Origin: a virus
Taxonomy: Duplodnaviria; Caudoviricetes
Strand: one strand, 5' to 3'
Length of the DNA stretch: 64,000 nucleotides
Virus record (IMG/VR): IMGVR_UViG_3300025939_000001
Coordinates: 1,891 to 65,890 of that record
Below are positions 46,747-53,863 of the stretch, piece after piece; positions within the stretch are counted from its first letter, which is position 1, and every line of letters starts with the position of its first letter. The position numbers were made by a program, and so were the translations under genes. Below the pieces are notes generated by a model, which was not told where the DNA came from, made no database searches, and was given only the letters and a program-made list of their open reading frames with translations.

Positions 46747-47090
46747 TACATATGGGCATCCGATGGAAAGACCGCGTCGACATGGCGCGAGAGTCCGGTG
46801 AGTACGATGAGTATCGTGATCAGCTCGCGCGGCTCATTGACGAGCAGCATACCCGTGACGAGATTCGCGTCATTATGGGGTGGACCTCGTTCAAGGTGGA
46901 CATCGCCATTCCGGCTCTTGGTCTTCAGTCGCGGAACGGACGGCGACGTCTGCGACGTGACGAGCGTAAGATGATGTCCGATGTGACGACAATCAAGGCT
47001 CTCGCTGAACAGCGTGCACAGGAACACCACTGGGTGAAGGTGTTCCGTGATTCGTACGGTCCGATCGGGCGCGGGTTCTCCACCGCGTGA
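46743..47090 (+). CDS. Hypothetical protein, possible HTH
   Basis: TRDEIRVIMGWTSFKVD. Coupled to terL. Confidence 0.6.
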   Translation: MIHMGIRWKDRVDMARESGEYDEYRDQLARLIDEQHTRDEIRVIMGWTSFKVDIAIPALGLQSRNGRRRLRRDERKMMSDVTTIKALAEQRAQEHHWVKVFRDSYGPIGRGFSTA

Positions 47091-47099
47091 GACTCGTGG

Positions 47100-47128
47100 T
47101 TTACACGCAACCTGAGTCCTGTTATAGT
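47100..47128 (+). promoter_or_regulatory. SigA/HrdB-type early promoter
   Basis: TTTACA-17 nt-TATAGT. Confidence 0.7.
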
Positions 47129-47144
47129 TATCGTAGCACACCAA

Positions 47145-47282
47145 ATGGACACAGCGGATGAGATGACGGAGGATGAGATGGACGGACTTGGTTGCGCCGC
47201 GGTGGTGATCGCGGTTTTGTTCGTCGTCGGATTCTTCCTCTGGGACAGCTCCGCGGCAGACGAAACGACGAAGGAGAACTGA
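47145..47282 (+). CDS. Small membrane protein
   Basis: Acidic N-terminus plus a TM (LGCAAVVIAVLFVVGFFLW). TGATG coupling. Confidence 0.5.
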   Translation: MDTADEMTEDEMDGLGCAAVVIAVLFVVGFFLWDSSAADETTKEN

Positions 47283-47584
47283 TGGATCTCACGTACGTGG
47301 GTAAGAGTGCGGGTGACTACTTCGACCTCTTTCACTTCCTCGCCGATGGTAATCGCCCGGTGCTCGAGGTGCTGGTCGACCCGGAGGACACCATCTGGAT
47401 CTGCGGTGTCAACGGGCTCTCCATCCCGCAGGAAACGAAGGGTAAGGCGCACCGCCACGAGATCGTGGAGGGCGTGGAGGGTGTCATCTGCCTCAAGGCC
47501 GTCGCAACCTACGTGATTCCGCGTGCACCTGCACTCATGGCGCGGGTCTACTGCCCGATCGAGACGAAGCAGGAGCAAGAGTGA
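47282..47584 (+). CDS. Hypothetical protein
   Basis: AAGGAG RBS, ATG 47282. Confidence 0.65.
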   Translation: MDLTYVGKSAGDYFDLFHFLADGNRPVLEVLVDPEDTIWICGVNGLSIPQETKGKAHRHEIVEGVEGVICLKAVATYVIPRAPALMARVYCPIETKQEQE

Positions 47585-47952
47585 GCATGAAACGAGCACT
47601 GATGATCACGGCATTCCTGGTGGTGCTTCCACTGGGTGCCGCGGCGGAGTGCAAGGAGGGCGATTCCACGCCGACTCCGCGGCCGTCGAAGTCGTCGTTC
47701 GACCCGAACTTCCGAAACGGGTGGGACCAGCGTAAGACGATTCAGCAGTGCGACCGGTTCTTCTACGCGAACAAGCAGGGCAAGCTTCAGGATCCGTCGA
47801 CACGAAACGTCATTCTCACGAAGAATGAGGATGAGGGTATCCGACTTGAGGTGCGACAGGAGATTCAGCGGTACTACATCACGCCGACCGAGCCGCATGT
47901 GAAGTTCGTGCTCGAGGTCTGCGATGGGAGTGAGTGGAACGCTCCTGGTTAG
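47581..47952 (+). CDS. Secreted/lipoprotein-like protein
   Basis: Signal peptide ending LGAAAEC and a Pro-rich linker. Confidence 0.6.
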   Translation: MSMKRALMITAFLVVLPLGAAAECKEGDSTPTPRPSKSSFDPNFRNGWDQRKTIQQCDRFFYANKQGKLQDPSTRNVILTKNEDEGIRLEVRQEIQRYYITPTEPHVKFVLEVCDGSEWNAPG

Positions 47953-47985
47953 ACAAAACTCGTCATAAGAATTATGCAGGAGCCG

Positions 47986-48014
47986 TGGCAATTAGTCACG
48001 GCTCCTGGTACTAT
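47986..48014 (+). promoter_or_regulatory. SigA/HrdB-type early promoter
   Basis: TGGCAA-17 nt-TACTAT followed by the leader TATCTCAACAGCAAAAC. Confidence 0.6.
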
Positions 48015-48056
48015 TATCTCAACAGCAAAACAACAGACAAAATGACGGAGGACATC

Positions 48057-48236
48057 ATGGCCCGCTTGATCGAGCTGGACGACGACGAGCTGGAGAGCAT
48101 CACCGAGATGCTCCGCGAGTACAAGGCAAGCATTCAGCGTGGGTACGTCGGTATGTTCCCCGATGGTGACGACGTCGAGATCGCGGCGGCCACGAAGCAC
48201 ATCGTGAAGTTCGAGCGGGAACTGCGGCACCGATGA
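48057..48236 (+). CDS. Small hypothetical protein
   Basis: GGAGG RBS. Confidence 0.65.
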   Translation: MARLIELDDDELESITEMLREYKASIQRGYVGMFPDGDDVEIAAATKHIVKFERELRHR

Positions 48237-48376
48237 TCACCATCCAGCACAGCAACGGCGAGACGTACGAGGGCGAGGTCGTCCGCGAGGACGGCCTCCG
48301 GGTCTGGGTCCAGATCTCAACGGGTAAGATTCTCTGCATCTGGAAGAGCGACATCAGGGAGATGAAGACATCATGA
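48233..48376 (+). CDS. Small hypothetical protein (47 aa)
   Basis: ATGA overlaps at both ends. Confidence 0.6.
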   Translation: MITIQHSNGETYEGEVVREDGLRVWVQISTGKILCIWKSDIREMKTS

Positions 48377-48558
48377 AGATTTTGTTCATCCTCGGCAACA
48401 CCACCTGGTTCTGGGTGTGGAACGACAACTTCGCAATGTGGGACGCATGGATCGAGCGTGAGGGCGAGGTTGCAGAGCGCCGTCCCGCAAACGACTTCGG
48501 CAGATTTGAGGACGTGCAGGAGCACGTGAAGTGGCTGTTCATCAATAGAAACATCTGA
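48373..48558 (+). CDS. Small Trp-rich hypothetical protein
   Basis: ATGA overlap. Confidence 0.6.
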   Translation: MKILFILGNTTWFWVWNDNFAMWDAWIEREGEVAERRPANDFGRFEDVQEHVKWLFINRNI

Positions 48559-48586
48559 ATGACTTGAGTGAATGAGCACGAACCTG

Positions 48587-48615
48587 TTGCTCATTCACTC
48601 AAGTCTTGTTACAAT
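48587..48615 (+). promoter_or_regulatory. SigA/HrdB-type early promoter
   Basis: TTGCTC-17 nt-TACAAT followed by the leader TATCTTAACAGCAAAAC. Confidence 0.65.
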
Positions 48616-48653
48616 TATCTTAACAGCAAAACAGACAAACGATGGAGGACGAA

Positions 48654-48779
48654 ATGACGATCGACGAGATCATCGCGCAGCACAAGGCAGACGAGATCAA
48701 AATCGTGATCATGTACCCGGTGCTCGAGGACGTGAACGGCGAGTACTACATCAAGGACGGCGAGCGAATCGATCTCTGA
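48654..48779 (+). CDS. Small hypothetical protein (41 aa)
   Basis: GGAGG RBS after the promoter. Confidence 0.6.
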   Translation: MTIDEIIAQHKADEIKIVIMYPVLEDVNGEYYIKDGERIDL

Positions 48780-48847
48780 TGGTGTTCGGTGACCACCCAC
48801 TGGGTGGTTCGCCGTGGATTATCAGATGAAGAGATGAGGAGAGCACG

Positions 48848-49549
48848 ATGATCGTAGGAACCCACTTCGGACTGTTCATGCCCGCGCTCCGTCCCAACTG
48901 GGCGACGCTCGAGCCGGGCGAGCCCGAGCTTCAGGTGCGGTCGCGCCGCAAGATTGACCTGCTCAATTTGAAGAAGTTCATGGAGGACGCTGGTCTCGTC
49001 CTGGGGGAGCCGTTCCGCATTCCCAACACGGACTACCAGTGGCGAGCGTACTGCACCCGCGAGGCGTGGGGCTTCGCGCTTCTGCAGATCGCCCAGGACA
49101 TGGACTACACGAAGTTCAAGGACACGCCGCAGAAGTATCACGGCGACACCAAGCTGACCAACGCATACGGGAAGATCTGGAACGCAACGCTCAACTCGTT
49201 CCCCACTGGGTCGAGCTACGACCACCGCTCAAATGGACGTCGTCAGTCGCCGACACCGTGGCACACACAGCCTGAAAACCGTCGTGATGAGACGGTTGTT
49301 CGGCGAGGCGGCAAGGACTGGGTGATGGCTGGCAGCAATCCAGAGCAGCTCGCCGCACTGATGCGGGAGATCGACGCGGCGACCGTTCCGGTGCCCACCG
49401 ATGCGGCCATTCAGGAAATGCTCGACATCGAGCTTGGACACGCTGGTCCCACGGAGGTCAACGGGCACTTGGATCACACCAAGTGCGCGCACAGTGACTC
49501 AGCGAATGCTCGTCGGAAGTGCCGCAAGCGGTTTTACGGAAGTCATTAG
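48848..49549 (+). CDS. Hypothetical protein
   Basis: GAGGAG RBS. LQVR.RR..DL and DY.WRA motifs. Confidence 0.75.
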   Translation: MIVGTHFGLFMPALRPNWATLEPGEPELQVRSRRKIDLLNLKKFMEDAGLVLGEPFRIPNTDYQWRAYCTREAWGFALLQIAQDMDYTKFKDTPQKYHGDTKLTNAYGKIWNATLNSFPTGSSYDHRSNGRRQSPTPWHTQPENRRDETVVRRGGKDWVMAGSNPEQLAALMREIDAATVPVPTDAAIQEMLDIELGHAGPTEVNGHLDHTKCAHSDSANARRKCRKRFYGSH

Positions 49550-49561
49550 TCCTGATACAAT
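49533..49561 (+). promoter_or_regulatory. SigA/HrdB-type early promoter
   Basis: TTTACG-17 nt-TACAAT. Confidence 0.65.
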
Positions 49562-49590
49562 TAACTTAACGGCAAACGATGGAGGATGCA

Positions 49591-49758
49591 ATGAAAAACC
49601 CGAGTGGTCCGAAGGACCTCACGAATGAAGAGCTGCTCAGCGAGTACCAGAGCGCGATCTGGATTGACGCGGTGAACGAGGCGGAGGAGATGTCCCCTCG
49701 CACGGTGGAGACGAAAAACGAAATTCTCCGTCGCATGGCTGCTGGACATCCCGACTGA
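49591..49758 (+). CDS. Small hypothetical protein (55 aa)
   Basis: GGAGG RBS after the promoter. Confidence 0.6.
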   Translation: MKNPSGPKDLTNEELLSEYQSAIWIDAVNEAEEMSPRTVETKNEILRRMAAGHPD

Positions 49759-49826
49759 CCTGGTACGATAGCTGTACGAGCGGGGCCTGACGAATTTCAA
49801 GCTGATGTGTTCCCCGCTCGTACCAA

Positions 49827-49902
49827 GAGGGAGTAGAGGAGTTCGGTCGTCCTCGCCGGCCTCATAAGCCGGAAATCGGTGGTTCAAATCCGCCCTCCCC
49901 CA
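49827..49902 (+). tRNA. tRNA-Met (CAT), or lysidine-type Ile2
   Basis: Cloverleaf: GAGGGAG/CTCCCCC (one mismatch), GAGG/CCTC, CCGGC-CTCATAA-GCCGG, GGTGG-TTCAAAT-CCGCC. Confidence 0.85.
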
Positions 49903-50044
49903 CAAGGTCTTCGCATCATACTCCTAGGCAGAGGTGCGGGATCGGGTGCAGTGTTGATGTAGGGACCGGCAAGGCTCGTCACCAGCCACCGAGAATGCGT
50001 CACGACTGGGTCACTCCCTTAGGGACGTTCATCCACTGCATTTC

Positions 50045-50116
50045 GCTTGGGTAGCTCAATGGCAGAGCGGGCGATTCTAAATCGCTTGGTTGGGGGTTCG
50101 AGTCCCTCCCCTTGCA
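50045..50116 (+). tRNA. tRNA with a CTA anticodon (amber suppressor-like)
   Basis: GCTC-AATGGCA-GAGC, GGCGA-TTCTAAA-TCGCT, GGGGG-TTCGAGT-CCCTC. The acceptor GCTTGGG/CCCTTGC has two U-U mismatches. Confidence 0.75.
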
Positions 50117-50334
50117 CGCTAGGGACCCACAGGTCGGGTATGGGATGGGCGCTGAAAGGCTCCATGTGGGTGCGTTGCCTTCGGGTGATAGGAGATCCCG
50201 ACCCTTATGGAAAGACAAGTCCTGGAACACCTAGGTGGAGACGCTTGAACCTCTTCTCGTCGTGAACGCTGCGATGGGCTGATGAGGGAGTCATAGAAGC
50301 CCATGATGGTTAGTACAGGCACATGAAATGAAAC

Positions 50335-50374
50335 GGGAAAGGACCCCAGTTGCGAGGGGGTCCTTTCCTGTTTA
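50335..50374 (+). terminator. Intrinsic terminator after the RNA cluster
   Basis: GGAAAGGACCCC/GGGGTCCTTTCC stem followed by TGTTT. Confidence 0.75.
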
Positions 50375-50399
50375 CACTGTTCATAAGTCCTGTTACAAT
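50371..50399 (+). promoter_or_regulatory. SigA/HrdB-type early promoter
   Basis: TTTACA-17 nt-TACAAT followed by the leader TATCTCAACAGCAAAAC. Confidence 0.75.
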
Positions 50400-50439
50400 T
50401 ATCTCAACAGCAAAACAGATAAATGACGAAGGATTGATG

Positions 50440-50721
50440 ATGATGAACATTCTCGAAATTTTTGCCGATCTGGCAGACAAGATCACCGCTCACCTGGGCA
50501 TCAAGGTTCGCTACTCGGTTCAGGCAAAGGGCAAGAATGGTTGGTACGACCTGAACCAGACGTGGGACGGTGCCAAGAAGGCGCGTTACAGCGTCACTCG
50601 CACCGTCGCCGACGCCCGCATCTGGGAGAAGCGCTACCAAGCCGCGTTGGTCCGGAACTTTGGCCCGGTCACCGAGACGCGCATCGTTCGCCAGGTCACC
50701 CAGTTCGACGTGGTTGCGTAG
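50440..50721 (+). CDS. Hypothetical protein
   Basis: GAAGGA RBS after the promoter. Confidence 0.65.
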   Translation: MMNILEIFADLADKITAHLGIKVRYSVQAKGKNGWYDLNQTWDGAKKARYSVTRTVADARIWEKRYQAALVRNFGPVTETRIVRQVTQFDVVA

Positions 50722-50750
50722 TTGCACTGCTCATAAGTCTTTGATACAAT
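50722..50750 (+). promoter_or_regulatory. SigA/HrdB-type early promoter
   Basis: TTGCAC-17 nt-TACAAT. Confidence 0.7.
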
Positions 50751-50800
50751 TGAGTTAACGCCGGAACAACCGGTACAGACGAAGAGATAGGACAGGGACG

Positions 50801-51154
50801 ATGGCTAGCTTCGCCCAGTTGAACGCACAGGCCGCTTCACTCGCCGAGGGTTTCTACGCGGTGATGGGGCAGGACGGCAACCCGCGATTCTTCGAGATCG
50901 CGAAGGTCAAGGGTTCACACCGCCTCTACCGCCTCGAGGGTTCGCCCGGTGACTACAAGCGCCACACGCTGAACATCAAGTGGCAGACTTACGTGCTGCA
51001 CGTTCTCACGAAGGACCCGGCCGCTGGCTTCGCCCTCTATGGCAAGCACGCTCGCTGGTGCGGCGTCTGCAAGACGGCGGCACTGACGAACCCGAAGAGC
51101 CTGGCACGGGGCATTGGTCCGGTCTGCTGGGACAAGGTGCACGGGCACGCCTGA
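50801..51154 (+). CDS. Hypothetical protein with a C-terminal Zn-finger (DUF6011-like)
   Basis: CGVC...LTNPKSLARGIGPVC. Confidence 0.75.
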   Translation: MASFAQLNAQAASLAEGFYAVMGQDGNPRFFEIAKVKGSHRLYRLEGSPGDYKRHTLNIKWQTYVLHVLTKDPAAGFALYGKHARWCGVCKTAALTNPKSLARGIGPVCWDKVHGHA

Positions 51155-51276
51155 TGGGCTACTACGACTGCGGGTGCGAGTATGGTACCTGTCCGGTTCG
51201 TGATGGCGAACCGGACGGGTACTGCCTCGATGAAGATGAAGAGCGAGACGTAGAGGATCAGGAGAAAACGAAATGA
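51154..51276 (+). CDS. Small Cys-rich acidic peptide
   Basis: MGYYDCGCEYGTCP...YC. TGATG coupling. Confidence 0.5.
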   Translation: MGYYDCGCEYGTCPVRDGEPDGYCLDEDEERDVEDQEKTK

Positions 51277-51440
51277 AGCGACTGCGGCGAGTCCCTGCAC
51301 GTGATGGCTGGAAGATCACCAGCAACCACGGCTGGTTTTTCCTGGGTCTCGGCACTGATATCTACATGTTTCATCTTTCACTCGGCAAGTTCAGCATTTG
51401 TTACGAGGCCAGCTGGCCGAAGGAGAAGAAAACGAAATGA
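51273..51440 (+). CDS. Small hypothetical protein
   Basis: AGGAG RBS and ATGA overlaps. Confidence 0.5.
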   Translation: MKRLRRVPARDGWKITSNHGWFFLGLGTDIYMFHLSLGKFSICYEASWPKEKKTK

Positions 51441-51610
51441 CGAAGGATGAGTTCCGCCGTTTTGCGCGTGAGGCGATCGGCACCGCAGACACTGAGCGAC
51501 AAGCCATTGATCGCATTACTGATCAGTGGGAGTCCGACGTGAACGACGCTCGAATCGCCGGTCAGGATGAAGCCATCGCAAACTCGAGCGCATATCACGA
51601 CCTCTCGTAA
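51437..51610 (+). CDS. Small hypothetical protein
   Basis: AAGGAG RBS. Followed by a terminator. Confidence 0.6.
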   Translation: MTKDEFRRFAREAIGTADTERQAIDRITDQWESDVNDARIAGQDEAIANSSAYHDLS

Positions 51611-51635
51611 TGGAGAGAATCTAGACAACACCGAC

Positions 51636-51674
51636 AAACCGCCCCGCTGCTCTCGCAGTGTGGGCGGTTTTTCG
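51636..51674 (+). terminator. Intrinsic terminator
   Basis: AAACCGCCC/GGGCGGTTT stem followed by a T tract. Confidence 0.75.
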
Positions 51675-51743
51675 TGTCCTCTCTCCCAATGTTGTACTGT
51701 TCGATCAGCTTCAAGTAACATTCGCGGCAACCTGGGAGAGACT

Positions 51744-52163
51744 GTGGGAGCACCTCCGCACTGGATGACGGTGCTACTCGTATGTCTTGCGACGTACCGA
51801 CTGACCCGCTTCATCACAAAGGACGCGTTCCCGCTCATCGCCGGTCCACGCCGGTGGGTTGATACCCAGTGGAATCCATTCCCTGATGAAAACGTCTGGC
51901 AGTCGTATAAGCAGTCACCGCCCGCAGCGAAGGTGATCGTCATTGAGAACCTTCGTAAGACCGGTGTCCGGTTCAAACCGAACGGGTTTCTTCGATCCAT
52001 CGCCTACCTCATCGGCTGCGCGTGGTGCACGTCGATCTGGGTCGCTGGCGGTGTCGTCATCCTTGTTGCACTGTTCACGCCAACCCACTGGGTGACTGGC
52101 ATCTTGCTCTGGCTGACCGCCTCGGCCGTCACCGGACTGATCTCTCAGAGGGAGCCTGAGTGA
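51744..52163 (+). CDS. DUF1360-like membrane protein
   Basis: LATYRLTRFIT.D.FP...PR...L.GC.WC.S.W. Directly before the portal gene. Confidence 0.75.
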   Translation: MGAPPHWMTVLLVCLATYRLTRFITKDAFPLIAGPRRWVDTQWNPFPDENVWQSYKQSPPAAKVIVIENLRKTGVRFKPNGFLRSIAYLIGCAWCTSIWVAGGVVILVALFTPTHWVTGILLWLTASAVTGLISQREPE

Positions 52164-53863
52164 GCGACTACCGTCGCAGTGCCAGCCCGTATGGCCTGCC
52201 GAAGCAGATCGACGCGAACGCACTGGTTGCGAGCGCGCGTCTGCTGACCGGTGCTGGCGACCCGATCATCCAGAAGCGGGAATGGCAGCGAGAAGGCTGG
52301 GACTTCTACGATGCCATGGGGGAGTTCTGGTATGGAATTACCTGGCTCTCCAACGCGATGTCCAGGGTGAGACTGGTGGCCGCGAAACTCTCCCCTGGTG
52401 GGGACGAACCGGAGATTTTGCGGGACGACAAGCTTGGCGATCCTGGCGAGGACGCAGTTGAAGAGGACGACGAAAACTTCACCAGTGAACCAGCTTCGAC
52501 GATCACTCCGCAGGAGCGTGAGATCGTCAAGATCGTGGAGCAGTTCGGTGGTGGCATCGGTGGACAGAGTGCGATCCTCAAGGCACTCACTGTGCAGGTC
52601 TCGGTTCCTGGTGAGGGTTTTGTCGTAGGTGAGCAGAAGGTGCTCGACGAGGCGTCCAATCAGCTCTCTGCGCCGATGTGGACTGTGAAGTCTCCGGATG
52701 AAATTCGCCGTAGAGAATTCTCCAACCGGAGTAAGAAGCAGCCACGCCTGCTGGATCGCATTGGTCCTGGTGTTCCTCGAGCGGAGTCGTCGTATGAGAT
52801 CCAAGTTGAGGAGAACCAGTGGATTCCACTGAGTGGTGAGTCGGTCGTCTGCCGTGTCTGGCAGCCGCACCCGCGCTACTCGTGGCGTGCGACCAGCGCG
52901 ACGCTTCCGGCTCTTCCAATCCTTCGTGAGATCGATCTCTACAATCGTCGCATCATCGCCGACCTCGTCTCACGTCTTGCCTCGAATGGCATCCTCATCA
53001 TGCCGCAGGAGGCGACGTTCGTTGTCAATCCCAACTTCAAGGATGCTCCCGATCCCTTCGTTGCCGAACTCATCGAGACCGCCTCGCAGGCCATTAAGAA
53101 CCCGGGCTCTGCGAGTGCGGCGATCCCGATCCCCATTAAGGTTCCGGCGGAGCTCGTTGACAAGTTCATCCACCTGACGTTTGCCGCCGCGTTCGACGCA
53201 GGTATTCTGGACGCGCGCGATAGGGCGATCAAGCGTCTTGCGACGACTCTCGCTATGCCGGAGGAAGTTCTCACCGGCGTCCAGAACGTGAACCACTGGA
53301 CGGCGTGGCAGATCGACGAGTCTGGCATCAAGCTTCACATCTCGCCGATCGCTGAGATCATCGTTGACGCGCTTACCCGTGGTTACCTCGAGCCGATGCT
53401 TGAGGCGTCTAAGCTTCCTCTTGTCGGTGAAGATGGCTCTCGTTATGTGATCTGGTACGATGTGAGTGAGCTGACGGCGAAGCCTGACCTAGGCGATGCC
53501 GCAGACTCCGCGCATGCTAGCGCGACGATCTCTGACGCCGCATATCGTCGTGAGAAGGGCTTCACCGAGGACGACGCACCGGATGAGAAGGAACTTCAGG
53601 CGCAGGTCATGCGCGCACTTGCGCTGACGGGCAACACGCAGGCGATTGGTGTTCTCTTCCCCGATCTCAAGGAGGCGATGGCGCCGCCGCCGCCTCCTGG
53701 CTTTGATGAAGAGGGTCGTCCGCTTGCGCCACCGGACAGCACAGTGACGGAGACCACGGAGGAAGAGATTCCTGATCAGACGACGACCACAGTAACCACG
53801 CCTGCTCCGCCCAGTGGTTCGGCTGGTCGTGGTGCTCCGACGACGAAGAAGCCTGGTGCGTAA
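52160..53863 (+). CDS. Portal protein
   Basis: WQREGWDFYD.MGE..Y...W.SNA.SRVRL, RVW.PHPR, L....P.E.L.G....NHW motifs. Confidence 0.9.
   Translation: MSDYRRSASPYGLPKQIDANALVASARLLTGAGDPIIQKREWQREGWDFYDAMGEFWYGITWLSNAMSRVRLVAAKLSPGGDEPEILRDDKLGDPGEDAVEEDDENFTSEPASTITPQEREIVKIVEQFGGGIGGQSAILKALTVQVSVPGEGFVVGEQKVLDEASNQLSAPMWTVKSPDEIRRREFSNRSKKQPRLLDRIGPGVPRAESSYEIQVEENQWIPLSGESVVCRVWQPHPRYSWRATSATLPALPILREIDLYNRRIIADLVSRLASNGILIMPQEATFVVNPNFKDAPDPFVAELIETASQAIKNPGSASAAIPIPIKVPAELVDKFIHLTFAAAFDAGILDARDRAIKRLATTLAMPEEVLTGVQNVNHWTAWQIDESGIKLHISPIAEIIVDALTRGYLEPMLEASKLPLVGEDGSRYVIWYDVSELTAKPDLGDAADSAHASATISDAAYRREKGFTEDDAPDEKELQAQVMRALALTGNTQAIGVLFPDLKEAMAPPPPPGFDEEGRPLAPPDSTVTETTEEEIPDQTTTTVTTPAPPSGSAGRGAPTTKKPGA

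Noticed and set aside
50045-50116. Genome-wide TAG recoding or a pyrrolysine system
   Set aside because: Core genes are intact under the standard code, no pylS/B/C/D genes are present, and the tRNA has a standard D-loop and variable loop.
50255-50340. Possible hammerhead ribozyme (CTGATGAG ... GAAAC)
   Set aside because: Stem I and stem II cannot be formed convincingly. The flanks pair as ATGGGCT/AGCCCAT, and the GAAAC arm belongs to the terminator.
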